Translations under genes and position numbers: made by a program
The notes under the pieces: model-generated
Database searches by the model: none
What the model saw: the letters and a program-made list of their open reading frames with translations, nothing else
Told to the model about the DNA's origin: nothing
DNA from: a virus
Lineage: Duplodnaviria > Caudoviricetes
DNA: 55,711 bases
Reading direction: 5' to 3' (one strand)
IMG/VR virus record: IMGVR_UViG_3300046822_000225
Location: 1-55,711 of that record
Shown here: positions 28,719 through 40,197 of the stretch, one piece after another
Layout: every line of letters starts with the position of its first letter
Numbering within the stretch: the first letter of the stretch is position 1

Positions 28719-29615
28719 ATGGCCGAGACCGCCTTCCAGGTCACGTACGACGGGCCCGCACTCGCGACCGGCGACATGCCCGTCCGAGATCTCGCGCCCG
28801 CCCTGCTCGCGCTAGGCAACCTCTTCTCGCAGGCCAGCAAGGTCATACACCCTGAACGCGAGCCAGTGGCGCTGAACATCCGTGCGACCACCGAAGGCTC
28901 GTTCGTCGTGCAGCTGATCCTGCACTCCGCCTGGGAAGAGATCCTGGACATCTTCGGTTCAAAGGGCGCTGCAGCGCTCATCGCACTCAAGGAAGCGGTG
29001 CTCGCCGGCGGCGCCGGGCTGTTCTGGTTCATCAGGCACCTCAACGGGCGATCAATCGTCAGCCAACAGCCAGTGCCCGGAAGCGACAACATCACAGTCA
29101 CGCTCGACGACGGCACGACCGTCGACGTGCCCGCGAACGTCCTGCCGCTCTATCTCAGCATCGATATCCGCCGGCGCGCACGCGACGTCGTGCAGCCGCT
29201 CACACGCCCCGGCGTCGAGATCCTGCGGTTCCAGGTCGACAAGCACGTCACGCTCGAGCTTCGCACCAACGACGTGCCCGCCTATGACCCGCCCACCGGA
29301 CCCGTCACGCCACTCGCCGACAACGAGACCGAGATGATCCTCGAGATCGCATCCGTCGCGTTCACCGAAGGCAACAAATGGCGCCTCAGCGACGGCGACC
29401 GGATATTCGCAGCCGCCATCGAAGACCACGAGTTCCTTGCACGGGTCGAAGAAGGCGAAGAAGCGTTCCGAAAAGGCGACAGGTTGCGAGCCAACATGCG
29501 GGTCATCCAGATCCAAGAAGGTGACCGCCTGCGCACCGACTACATCGTCACCAAGGTCACCGAGCACGTCCCGCGCCCCACCCAAATGCGACTCGACGAC
29601 CCAGACACCACCTAG
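28719..29615 (+). CDS. Moron protein of unknown function
   Basis: N-terminal YDGPAL..M.VRDLAPALL and C-terminal KWRLSDG..F.KGD.L resemble a widespread prophage-associated family; flanked by terminators. Confidence 0.8.
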   Translation: MAETAFQVTYDGPALATGDMPVRDLAPALLALGNLFSQASKVIHPEREPVALNIRATTEGSFVVQLILHSAWEEILDIFGSKGAAALIALKEAVLAGGAGLFWFIRHLNGRSIVSQQPVPGSDNITVTLDDGTTVDVPANVLPLYLSIDIRRRARDVVQPLTRPGVEILRFQVDKHVTLELRTNDVPAYDPPTGPVTPLADNETEMILEIASVAFTEGNKWRLSDGDRIFAAAIEDHEFLARVEEGEEAFRKGDRLRANMRVIQIQEGDRLRTDYIVTKVTEHVPRPTQMRLDDPDTT

Positions 29616-29653
29616 CATCCCGCCAGCCCTACGAGAGGTAGCACTCGACACCC

Positions 29654-29694
29654 AAGCGCCCCTGGCCCAACCGGCCTGGGGCGCTTCTGTCGTT
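29654..29694 (+). terminator. Intrinsic terminator-like hairpin between convergent genes
   Basis: AAGCGCCCCTGGCC/GGCCTGGGGCGCTT stem plus CTGTCGTT. Confidence 0.75.
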
Positions 29695-29738
29695 CTAGGG
29701 CGCGGTGGTGAGGAGGGGATCACCCAGGCAAGCATCGC

Positions 29739-30068
29739 TCAGGGTGGCGTCGCCACCATGGCTGACGCGAAGTCATATTCGCAGTGACGGCACCGCATCG
29801 TGCCCTTCTTGACGTCCTCGCCGCAACGCGGGCATGTCTTCGTCCTCGGTCGGGTCATGAACCAGATCAGCGAGAGGAAGACGAAACCGAAGAACCCGAT
29901 CAGCAGGACAACCAGCACCCCGATCCCGGCGCCTGTGGTGCAGGCGTCCTGCGATAGCTGATCGGCTTGTTTGGTGCAGTTGCTGGCGCCGGCGCCGAGC
30001 ACTGCCCAGGCGATGATCAGCGCGGACCAAATCCACAGCGCCCACGTCATCTTTCTCCATTTGCGCAT
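29739..30068 (-). CDS. Membrane protein with C-terminal zinc ribbon
   Basis: Two TM helices; CPRC..CRHC. Confidence 0.8.
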   Translation of the reverse strand: MRKWRKMTWALWIWSALIIAWAVLGAGASNCTKQADQLSQDACTTGAGIGVLVVLLIGFFGFVFLSLIWFMTRPRTKTCPRCGEDVKKGTMRCRHCEYDFASAMVATPP

Positions 30069-30081
30069 CGGACGCTCCTGA

Positions 30082-30423
30082 CTAGGCGGTGATCGTGATC
30101 GTCCAGGGGCCGACCGCGTTTATCTCAAACGAGTGACGCCCCTTCTTGAGGAAGGTGCTGCCGTGCGACCCGGTCGAGTTGACGGGCACGCCGGCGTTCG
30201 GGCTGCCAAGCTTGTCGATCGAATCGAAGATCGAGAAAAGACCACCCTGCGCGGTCCATCTGAGCGTCGAGTTCTTCGCGAGCCTGAACGGCGCGAGGGT
30301 CTTACCGCCGTTGCCGCTGAAGTGTTTGACCACGACGGGCTTGTGCTTCGTGGCCGCTTCGCCCGTCGGAGCGATCAGCGCGAACCAAACGACGGCAGCA
30401 ACCAACATTCCCGCACGCGTCAT
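30082..30423 (-). CDS. Secreted protein (possible superinfection exclusion)
   Basis: Signal peptide MTRAGMLVAAVVWFALIAPTGEA; FSGNG..WTITI beta domain; function inferred from position only. Confidence 0.7.
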   Translation of the reverse strand: MTRAGMLVAAVVWFALIAPTGEAATKHKPVVVKHFSGNGGKTLAPFRLAKNSTLRWTAQGGLFSIFDSIDKLGSPNAGVPVNSTGSHGSTFLKKGRHSFEINAVGPWTITITA

Positions 30424-30733
30424 TGAACTGCCCCCTCTCGATATGGCCTGGCGCCCCTGACCTGAGAATTCTCTCACTAGCCGCGCCTCAAGGGGGAGAA
30501 CATTGTGCCCCCACGTCCTATCTCATCCCAACACGCAAGAGATTTCAGAGGTTGACGCAGAGCGAGGGGCGCACACATCATGGATGGAGGGGGCACGCTG
30601 ATGAGCAGGCTGGACGAGCGTGAAGACGGAACGCGCGGACTTGTGGTCATCGATGGACACGGCATGTCGGCGGACGATGCTGCCTGGGCGCTGATTGCGG
30701 ACGCGGCCGAACGCGGGCTGTCCTTGCCTGGGC

Positions 30734-31096
30734 TCAGCTCTTCTTGCGCTTTGAAGCTGGAGCGGGTGATGTCTGCTGGTGATCGCGCTGCCGGGCTTCA
30801 GCCTCGAGCACTCCCACAACCTCGTCGTCAGCCGAGCTGACGCCCGGGCGCGCAGCTCGCCGCGCGGCGGCGATCGGGTACTCATAGAACCGCTCGGGTA
30901 CTTCGCCTAACGCTTGTGCCAGGGCCTCGATGATCCGCGCCTCCGGCACCCGCCCTGGGCTCCGTTCGATCGCCTCGATGGTCTTCTCGCCGATGCCTGG
31001 ATCTCCGGGATGCACGGTCTTGCGCGAGAGCACCGAGACGCTCCAGCCCTGTTGCCGCCGCAGCGCGGGCAGCAGCTCGTGAATGAGCTCGACCAC
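30734..31096 (-). CDS. XRE-family HTH immunity repressor (cI-like); start uncertain
   Basis: LRRQQGWS..LS....TIEAIER..P....IEALAQALG; divergent from cro-like gene. Confidence 0.8.
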   Translation of the reverse strand: MVELIHELLPALRRQQGWSVSVLSRKTVHPGDPGIGEKTIEAIERSPGRVPEARIIEALAQALGEVPERFYEYPIAAARRAARPGVSSADDEVVGVLEAEARQRDHQQTSPAPASKRKKS

Positions 31097-31126
31097 AAAC
31101 GGCGATGCAACCCGTTGGACAATGGC

Positions 31127-31156
31127 TTGACAACCAACAGAGTAGCTCCCTACAGT
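31127..31156 (+). promoter_or_regulatory. SigA-type early lytic promoter, probably leaderless
   Basis: TTGACA (31127-31132), 18 nt, TACAGT (31151-31156); GTG start at 31164. Confidence 0.75.
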
Positions 31157-31163
31157 CTGTGGG

Positions 31164-31391
31164 GTGATTGAACGTAGAACGGTGACCAAGCTCAAGCTCG
31201 CGATCGTCCGGACGGGCGTCGCTCAGAAAGACATCGCCGCCGAGCTAGGAATGGATCAGGCGCACCTGTCGCGGATCGTGAACGGCTTGCACGCCGACGA
31301 CGCTACTCGTGAGGCCATCACCGATGTGCTTCGACGGCATTTGCCCGACCTGCAGCCAACAGACGTATGGGATCAGGAGGCTGCGGCGTGA
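31164..31391 (+). CDS. Cro-like HTH protein
   Basis: QKDIAAELGMDQAHLSRIVNG. Confidence 0.88.
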   Translation: MIERRTVTKLKLAIVRTGVAQKDIAAELGMDQAHLSRIVNGLHADDATREAITDVLRRHLPDLQPTDVWDQEAAA

Positions 31392-31927
31392 GTTCGTCGT
31401 CGGGGACGAGGGTCTTGTTGGAGTGCGTGTTGGATGCGCGCGCGTTGAATTTGGAGCAGGCGCGGTTGCTGTTTGACCCGTCGGTCGAGGTGGACAGCTT
31501 GCTCGAGTTGCCGGCGGCGTTGCTGCGCGCGGGCGCGCCGGCGGTGCTGGTGAGCGAGTTGTCGGTGTTGTGTCGCCGGGTGCTCGAGTCGAACCTGCTG
31601 GAGGGTGAGCGCGAGCGCGTGCTGGCGGGTGTGCTGGACGAGCAGCTGGCCGCGATCCGGGTATTGCCGGTCGCCGGGCGATTGACGGCGAAGGGGATCG
31701 CGCGTGCTGTGCGTGGCCCGCTCGGCGTGGTCCTCGACGGTGGCGGCGGCGACGCGGTGCGGTACTTCCGCGCGTGCTGCGCGGTGCGCGATGTTGTCGC
31801 GGCGGTGCCGCGCGCGCAGCTGCTGGCGCCCGCTGTTCGCCACGAGCTGCGTGAGCGCAAGTTCAGGCTGCTCGCCGAGCTCGCTGCAGCTGAGATCGCA
31901 GGCGTCGTGGACGCGGTGGCGGCCTGA
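31388..31927 (+). CDS. Hypothetical protein
   Basis: GTGA coupling to cro. Confidence 0.55.
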   Translation: MSSSSGTRVLLECVLDARALNLEQARLLFDPSVEVDSLLELPAALLRAGAPAVLVSELSVLCRRVLESNLLEGERERVLAGVLDEQLAAIRVLPVAGRLTAKGIARAVRGPLGVVLDGGGGDAVRYFRACCAVRDVVAAVPRAQLLAPAVRHELRERKFRLLAELAAAEIAGVVDAVAA

Positions 31928-33636
31928 TGGCGCTCGTGGCGTGTTTTGCTTGTGCGCGTAGCCGTTGGGGTGCGTGTTGGCGTCATGGCGGTGGTGGGCC
32001 GCGTGAGCTTGTTCTTCCTGGCGCCTTGGCGCTGTGTTCTTCGTCGCAGGAGTTCTCCACGCGCGGCGAGGCCCCCGACCCCAAGATCGGGTTGCCGTCA
32101 TCGGTCCGCGTCCTATCCCTCCCCCTGGGGGCGCGGACCGTTGACGATGTCGGACGGGTGGTGGCGGCGTGATCGTTCATGTGGTGCCGCACGCTGGTGT
32201 TGAGCAGGCGCGGATGGAGATGCGCTGGTGCGGGATCACTGTCGCGGCGTTGCAGGCCGCTGATGATCTTGGCGGGCCGGCTGATCTGATCTTGATCGCG
32301 GTCCCGGCTGGTGAGGGCCGCTTGCTGGTCGCGTCGTTGACGGGTGGTCCGGCGTTCGCGCCGGTGCCGCGCGAGTGTTGTCGCGATTGTGGTGAGTCGT
32401 TGGCGGGCCCGTCGCCTGACGGGCGTTGCGGTTGGTGCCAGGAGGAGTTCGCGCGGCCTCCCGGGGTCGGCGCATGACGGGCGCCTTGATCTTGGTGGTG
32501 CTGTTGCTGAGCCCGTTCGCGGCGATCGGCGTGATCGTGGCGGGTGCCGCGCTGGTGTTCTGGCTGCGCGGACGCCGGACGGGCGCTGTCGAGCGCGAGC
32601 GTGTGATGGCCGACAGCGTGGCGGAGTGGATCGCTCTGCCGCCGGCGGGCCTGGCTGACGACCTGCTTGGCTTGGGCGGCGCGAGGGCGCGGTCATGGCT
32701 GTGACGGGTGGCGGCCAGGAGCGTGATGCGCGTCTTCGGGCCGCGCAGAGCAGCACCCGGCGGCCGAGTTGGACGCAGCCGATCTGCGATCCCTGTTGGA
32801 TCAGCCGCCACCCGGCGCGACCGTCAACCCGCCTACTGTCGCCGGACGCTGAGACCTGCGCTTTCTGCGGCCGTCAGACGACATCGGGCATCTACGTGCG
32901 CGTCGACCCGAAGACCGTCCCGTTCCCGGCGACCCGGGAGGCCTGATGACGACGACGTTCTCCGAGCAGAGCGCGGGGAGGTTGTTCGGCGACGTCGTGG
33001 GCCCCGCCAGGTCCTGGGAGTGCGCGAGCCACGAGATTGAGGCTGCTCCGGCGTCGGCGATCTTTGTGCGGGGCATCTGGGGTGGACGGCGGCAGACGAT
33101 CCGCATCGATCCTGAAGAGGTCGACGAGCTCGCGCGTCGCCTTCACCAGGCCAAGCGCTACGTGCGAGGTGGTCGATGACACTTCCCAGCAGAAGCACTG
33201 GTGAGCGGCGCGCCCGGGCCAGCGTGACGGTCCTGGATGAGCGTCGCACCGCGGCGCTGCTGTACCCACGGTCGGCGCGGCGTGTGTTGGCGGTGCCCGG
33301 GTCTTGGTCTGCGAGAGCGGCTGTCATGGGGGCCGGTGTCCTGCCCTCGCCGGTCCCTGACAGCGCCGGTCGTGAGGGTCGGTCGTGACCGGTGTGACGG
33401 GCGTCGTGCCGGTCCGGGAGCGTGCGGGGCGCACCGCGGTTGATCGTGCGCAGGCGCGTCTTGATGACGCGTTGGCGGCGTATCACGCCGCGGCGGATGT
33501 CGTGCTTGGGCTGCCGTTGGATGCCGGCCTGGAGTTGCGTGACGCGCGGCTGGCGATGTGGGCTCTGCATCGGCCCGTGGACGAAGCGCGTGTCGCGTTG
33601 CGTGGTGCGCGGTTGCGATCGGATCGTCGGCGATGA
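31927..33636 (+). other. Run of about 7 coupled small hypothetical ORFs (31927-32172, 32169-32477, 32474-32704, 32695-32946, 32946-33179, 33176-33388, 33385-33636)
   Basis: Successive stop/start overlaps; two carry CxxC pairs, one has a TM helix. Confidence 0.55.
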
Positions 33637-34556
33637 CCGGCGGGATTGGGGTGGTGCCGGTGCAGGCAGCTGGATCGTCGTCTCTCAAGGGCGGGTTCGT
33701 TCGGTGGGCGCGTGAGACCGTGCCGGCGCGTGGACTGTCGCGCGGGCAGGCGCAGGTGCTCAAGGAGCTCGCGTCGCGCGCGGATCGTGATGGGTGCTGT
33801 TACCCGTCTGTGCGCGCGATCGCTCAGGGCGTCGTGCTGAGCGAGCGTCACACCAAGCGGCTGCTGGGCGAGCTCACTGAGCTGGGGTTGGTTCTCTCGC
33901 ACCATCGTGGGCGCGGGCGCAGCGCGCACCGGCAGCTGTGCCCGCACGCGCCGTTGCCGGTCGTTGGTGGTCAGCTGTCGTTTGATGACCTGCTCGCGCA
34001 GAGCGTGCCCGCGGCGTATGGCCCGGCCGCGGCCAAGGAAGGATTCATCCCGCCGTCGCCGGTTGTTGGAGTGCCATTGGCGTGTTTTGGAGTGCCATCT
34101 GATGGCCCGCAGAAGTACCAGACGGAAGAAAAAGAAGGGGCGGCAGCGCGCGAGCATGTTCTCGAGGAGCACCTGCACGACGTCCTGGCGGTGCTGGAGG
34201 GCGCGCCGGGCCTGGTCGTCGAGCCGATGTCGGTCAACAGCGCGCTCGCGGCGTACCCGCAGGCAGCCGGGCATGATCATCTGCGGGCCGCGCACACCGT
34301 CGCCAGCTACGCCTTTGAGGGCGGCCTACGTGTGCCGGCGGCCAACCGGCTGCTCCTCGCGGAGTTGCGCAAGCAGACCAAGCCGGTCGCCGGATCGCCG
34401 ACGACAACGAGTCGCGGCGGTGGTGAGCGTTGGCATGAGGGCCGCCGGCGGCCGGTACCGGCGGGGAAGCCGCAGAACGAGTGGGATCGCGTCCTGCAGG
34501 ACGAGTTGCGTCGGCTGCGTGGCAGCGATTCGCTGGTGCCGGCGGGCTGGACATGA
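33633..34556 (+). CDS. Replication initiator with N-terminal winged HTH
   Basis: LASRAD..GCCYPSVRAIA....SER..KRLL.EL.ELGLV. Confidence 0.8.
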   Translation: MTGGIGVVPVQAAGSSSLKGGFVRWARETVPARGLSRGQAQVLKELASRADRDGCCYPSVRAIAQGVVLSERHTKRLLGELTELGLVLSHHRGRGRSAHRQLCPHAPLPVVGGQLSFDDLLAQSVPAAYGPAAAKEGFIPPSPVVGVPLACFGVPSDGPQKYQTEEKEGAAAREHVLEEHLHDVLAVLEGAPGLVVEPMSVNSALAAYPQAAGHDHLRAAHTVASYAFEGGLRVPAANRLLLAELRKQTKPVAGSPTTTSRGGGERWHEGRRRPVPAGKPQNEWDRVLQDELRRLRGSDSLVPAGWT

Positions 34557-35116
34557 GCGAGTGGGCGATGTTCTGCTCGTTGATGCGTCACGGCTGGCCG
34601 GGTGACTTCACCGACGAGGCCGCTGCCGCATACAGCGCCCTCCTGGAGGGCACTCAGCCGGCTCAGATCGTTGAGGCGATGCGTCGCCTGCAACATCGCG
34701 GCCAGAAGTTCCGGCCGTCCGTCGCGGAGCTCTTGGGCGAGCTGCGCGCCGACTACACCCAGCCGACGTTCGAGGAGGCCTTCGCGGTGCTTTGGGGACC
34801 GAGGGGCATCCTGCACTCGGCACGCTACGCGGAGAAGGTGCGGTTGGTCCACCCGTTGATCGCGGCGTTCGTTGCGCGTCGCGGCCTCGCGTTCCTGCGC
34901 GACCTGCGGCCGTTTGACGAGCAGGACGGGCACTGGGTCCGCAAGGACCTCCTGGAGTCATGGGACCGTCATGTCGAAGCGCTTGAGGGCCGCGAGATCG
35001 CTGTGCTGGCAGCCGGCGGCGGCCCGCGCGAGCTGCGCCAGATGGACCCGCTGAAGTCCCTTGATCTCCCTGCGCCGCTGACACTCGCCCAGGCCAACGC
35101 CGAGGCAGGCCAGTGA
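34553..35116 (+). CDS. Putative helicase loader/inhibitor (G39P-like)
   Basis: Follows the initiator; Y.ALL......EA......F.PSVAEL motif. Confidence 0.7.
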   Translation: MSEWAMFCSLMRHGWPGDFTDEAAAAYSALLEGTQPAQIVEAMRRLQHRGQKFRPSVAELLGELRADYTQPTFEEAFAVLWGPRGILHSARYAEKVRLVHPLIAAFVARRGLAFLRDLRPFDEQDGHWVRKDLLESWDRHVEALEGREIAVLAAGGGPRELRQMDPLKSLDLPAPLTLAQANAEAGQ

Positions 35117-35366
35117 CCGGTCAGCTCGCGCTGCTCGCACAACCTAGGTTCTGCCCGGCGGTTCATTGCCAGGTGCCGTGCGGCGCCGGGATCCCCGGCC
35201 TTGTCTGCACGTGCCGGCCGTGTAGCTGCGAGCGCTGCCGGCGGCGGCGGGCACGCGCGCGGTACCGCCGGTTGCCGGCATTCGAGCTTCAGATGCGGGC
35301 CTTCAGCCCGGGTCTCGTTCAGCAGCCACGCCTGTTCACCTCTACTCGTGAAGGAGCAGCAGTCTC

Positions 35367-35370
<4 letters not shown>
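35113..35370 (+). CDS. Cys/Arg-rich hypothetical protein
   Basis: Coupled on both sides; multiple CxC/CxxC. Confidence 0.45.
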
Positions 35371-36286
<916 letters not shown>

Positions 36287-36290
<4 letters not shown>

Positions 36291-36530
36291 CCACCGCGAG
36301 CGTGCTTCCGCTCGCGGGGCTGCGTGTCGTCGACGCCGAGGATCCCGATGTCGATCAGCGCGTCGAGGTTGTCGTGGATGGCGTCGCGATCGCGCAGGTC
36401 GCGGCGAGCAAGCGTGGCGTACGCGATGACGATGCGTGGCCTGAGCGACATGAGGACCAGCGGCGGGTTCTATGTCGCGCAGGCGCGTGACCGCATGGGT
36501 TCCCCTGCGTCAGGAGGCGACCATGCCTGA
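36287..36530 (+). pseudogene. Small gene, possibly frameshifted near 36415
   Basis: The frame coupled upstream (36287) differs from the frame coupled downstream (ends 36530). Confidence 0.4.
36489..36512 (+). repeat. 24-bp junction element, copy 1
   Basis: GACCGCATGGGTTCCCCTGCGTCA then GGAG and ATG 36523. Confidence 0.9.
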
Positions 36531-37803
36531 GCGCTGCCCCTGCTGTGGTGCTCACGAGTTCGAGCAGCGGCCCGAGTGCGCGTCGCGCCAGCGCGACGCT
36601 CTCGCGGGCGGGATCCGCTCGATGCTGGGATCGCTCCCGTTCGTCGCGCCCGAAGCGCTCGCCGGCATGGTTGTGCAGAAGCTCGCCGGCGCGATGAGCG
36701 TCGCCGGCCTGCCGATCAAGCCCGACCGATCAGGACGCGACGATGCCTGATCCCGGGATCCGCGTCACCGTCCAGGACCTCGTCACGGGTGACTCCGAGA
36801 CGCAGGAGATCCACGACGACTACGTGATCGTCTGCGCCGGCACCTGCTACGTCGCGCACGTCAACGACTACCCGACGAAGGGCACCCAGATCCTGACGGT
36901 CAAGGGTCGACTCGGCCTCGGAGGCGACCATGGCTGAAGCGGTCTTCCTGACGTACCTGGAGGCGCAGGTGGCCGCTGCCGGCGCCGCCGGCGAGCTGGC
37001 CGCACGTCTGCCCGATCCGTTCGAGCTCGCCTCGCTCACGGTGTTCAGCAGCGAGGGAGCCTGGTTCGCTCGCATCCGCACCGACGTCTTCCTCGGGGTG
37101 AAGGTGACGCCCAATGGTTGAGGCCGGCACGACGTACAACATCGTGGTGCAGGCGCCCGATGTGCTGCCGGGCCCGTTGCGTCCCTGGTTCGTGCGCGCG
37201 TTCCACGCCGGCGACCAGACGCCGATCGCGACCGCCGAGCATCACGACCTGAAGCTCGCGGCCGACGAGGTGTTCGAGCGGCTGCGCGAGCACATCGAGG
37301 AGCGCATGGGCCGCGATGCGCACTTCGGTCTCGGCGACGCGCCGCACGGCGGCGCCGGCTTCAAGGAGTACACGCTCGACGATCACGACGAGATCCTTCA
37401 ACGCGAAGAGCTCCCGGTCTGGTGCGCGCGCGTCAACGAGCTCGTGCTCGCCGATCCGCTCCTGAACGCTCACCAGCTGCGCAACATGCATGGCGAGTTC
37501 GCGTTCTCGCCCGGCAGCTGCCCGCTTTGCAAAGCGCTCGCCGACATCGAGGTCCAGGTCCGCGACGAGATCCTCGGAGCGCGGCATGGGTGAGACCGCC
37601 AGAGCATCGGAGGTGGCGCGATGACGCGTCGGCAGAGGTGTGCGCGGGCGGAGCGCGCACGGGCTCACGCGGAGCGTCGCGACGGGCGGAGGGAGCCCGG
37701 AGCGGAGCAGCTGAGCACGCAGCGCGCGGCCGCGCGCCGGCAGCGAGATGAGCAGCGACGTCATGACCGCAAGGGCACCCCTGCGTCAGGAGCCAACCGG
37801 TGA
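36523..37803 (+). other. Small hypothetical ORFs (36523-36750, 36743-36937, 36930-37121, 37114-37593, about 37621-37803)
   Basis: Overlapping starts/stops, some with clear RBSs. Confidence 0.6.
37765..37788 (+). repeat. 24-bp junction element, copy 2
   Basis: GACCGCAAGGGCACCCCTGCGTCA then GGAG and GTG 37800. Confidence 0.9.
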
Positions 37804-39260
37804 CGGTTCCACCGCTCCCACCGCATCTCCTCGAGCTGCTCGGACGCGATCCCGCCAGGGACCGCAACGCGCTGGACCTGGCGAGCTTCTACGTCGAGGG
37901 TCTGAAATACGGGCCCGGCCCCGGCCAGCTCGAAAGCGTGAGCGACGAGCAGATCGTCAACCAGCTCGAGGTCCTACTGCGCGATGCCGGCGTCACGTCG
38001 ATGACCGGCCGGCAGCTCGCGGAAGCGTATGAGTTCTACGCGCGGTCTCTGGCGCTCACGCTCCGCGTACCGCTGATGGTCACCAGGACCGTCTTCCTTG
38101 ACGGGCTGGTGCATGGCATCGCGCTCGCGGGCGATGTCCGAGGCGAGCCCAGAGGTCCGCGCGCGGCGGGAGGCGACCATGGCTGAGCGCGTGGCGCTGG
38201 ATGTCGGCGACGTCGTCCTCCTGGACTCTGTCGGCGCGCGATGCATCGAGATCGAGCCGTCGGGTGAGGTCGGCGTCATCCTCGATCTCGAGGGGCGCCT
38301 GAACAAGCTGCAGGTTCGCGACGTGCACCGCTACATCCTGTCGGCGGGCAGCGCGGCGGAGCTGATCGCAGAGCTCGTCGTCGCTGCCCAGGAGGCGGCT
38401 ACACGCGGCTCATCTATGGGCATCACGGGCGGCCCGACGTTCCAAGCCGAGCTGGATGCGGCGATCGCCACCGAGCAGAAGCGCCGCGGCCTGTACCGAG
38501 GAGCCAACGGTGGCTGAGATCGAGACGGTCTCCTGGCAGGACATCGAGGACGCGATCGCCGCAGCGGTCGTGCCCGCCGAGATCGTTGTCGCGACCGCAT
38601 CGATTGAGCAGGGCGAGATGTTGCTCGAGGCGATCGCGCGCCGGCTTGGCGCGGGCGGCACCGCTCAGCGCGCGGGCTGTCTGCATTTGCCCGGCGCCGT
38701 TGTGCGCGTCGTCACCGACGACGACCAGATCGAGCAGCTGCGCCCGACGCGCGTCCTGATCCCGCAGACGCTGACCAACACCCGGCTCGAGCACCGCCTA
38801 CGCGCGTGCCTCGCCCGCCACGGAGGCACGCATGCCTGATCTCAATCCAGCGATGCGTCGCCCGGATGAGCCACTGGTGGACGCCTGCCGGCGCGTGGCG
38901 ATCGACGCTGTCTACCAAGCGCGCGACAGCGGCGGGACGATGCACACCGCCGGCGCGGCCGCGGCCGATGCCGTCCTCGCGCTGCTCGCACCAATCGACG
39001 ACCACCTGGTCCACATCGGGCGAGAGCGCTTCACGGTCACGCACCCGCTGACCGAGCGCGCCGACGGCACGATGCACCTCTGCGCGCTGCATCAGTGGCT
39101 GAGCGAGCAGGGCAGCCCGCCGGCGCCGCCCGGGCGCTACCGCGCGATCGAGCACCAGCCTGACGCGTACAGCGAGGACTACCGCGCCGATCCGTGGGAG
39201 CTCGAGCTCCTCGAGGACGACCGCAGCGGGACCACTGCGTCAGGAGACGATCGTGGCTAG
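37800..39260 (+). other. Four hypothetical ORFs (37800-38186, 38179-38517, 38510-38839, 38832-39260)
   Basis: 8-nt overlaps, each with a GGAG RBS. Confidence 0.65.
39219..39242 (+). repeat. 24-bp junction element, copy 3
   Basis: GACCGCAGCGGGACCACTGCGTCA then GGAG and GTG 39253. Confidence 0.9.
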
Positions 39261-40197
39261 CCGCCCTAGTCCGCCATACGGGCGGCTGGCTGCCGAGATC
39301 CCGCAGGTCGCGCTGCGCACAATCTGGCGCGACCGGCTGATCGTCGGCGCGCTGAACCTCATCGCCGGCCAGCCCGGCGTCGGGAAGAGCAGCCTCACCG
39401 CACTCATCGCCGCCGAGCTCTCCCGCCAGGGCAAGACGATCATCCTCAGCAACTGCGAGGACGATCCCGGCAGCGTCACGGTGCCGCGCCTATCGGTGGC
39501 CGGCGCAATCGAGTACGTCATCCAGAAGACCGGCACGGCCTGCGTGATCATCGACCCGATCGGCGCGCACTTCCGGCCGGAGCGCCGCGCGCATGATCGC
39601 GAGACGCTGCGCCAACTCGCCGGCATCGGCCGTCGCACGAACTGCGCGATCGTCGCCGTGCACCACACCACGAAGGCCGGCGAGGTCGGCGGTCCGAACA
39701 GCGGCCTACGCGGCACCGCGCGCGCGGTCTATGTCTACGGCTTTGATCCCGACGACGAGGACCGCCGCGCGCTCTCGGTCGACAAGATCAACGGCGTCGC
39801 CGAGCCGCCAGCGATCCTCTTCGAACAGGAGGTCGTCGAGTACTCGATCGGCAAGACTGTCCTCGAGGCCGGCAAGCTGCGCAAGGTCCGCCAGTCCAAC
39901 GCACGGGCCAGCGTGCACCGCGGCCGCCGCGACAACGAGCGCGACGCTGCGTGCCACGAGTGGCTGAGCGAGTACCTCGCGGGCTGCGAGGACTGCGCTC
40001 GAGCTGCGACCGACATCAAGGCCGCCGGCCGCGAGGAGGGCTACGGGGAAGCGACGCTGCGACGCGCGCAGACCACGCTGCAGGTCGAGCACGCCCGCCT
40101 GGGCGGCTTCGGCGCAGACGGCCACTGGACATGGCGGCTCCCGGATGAGCACCCGCTGCGCATAATCGCGAACGACCCAGAGGAGGTCGCCGGGTGA
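39253..40197 (+). CDS. RecA-fold ATPase (AAA_25/RepA-like helicase)
   Basis: GQPGVGKS, CEDD, VIIDPI, VHHTTK. Confidence 0.82.
   Translation: MASRPSPPYGRLAAEIPQVALRTIWRDRLIVGALNLIAGQPGVGKSSLTALIAAELSRQGKTIILSNCEDDPGSVTVPRLSVAGAIEYVIQKTGTACVIIDPIGAHFRPERRAHDRETLRQLAGIGRRTNCAIVAVHHTTKAGEVGGPNSGLRGTARAVYVYGFDPDDEDRRALSVDKINGVAEPPAILFEQEVVEYSIGKTVLEAGKLRKVRQSNARASVHRGRRDNERDAACHEWLSEYLAGCEDCARAATDIKAAGREEGYGEATLRRAQTTLQVEHARLGGFGADGHWTWRLPDEHPLRIIANDPEEVAG

Noticed and set aside
30553-30560. TGACGCAG half-site of the junction element (also TGACCGCA at 49372)
   Set aside because: The partner arm and the GG/CC core are missing at the required spacing.
30580-30840. + strand ORF convergent with the repressor
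   Set aside because: Overlaps the repressor 3' end by about 100 nt with no motif; cannot be supported, though not excluded.
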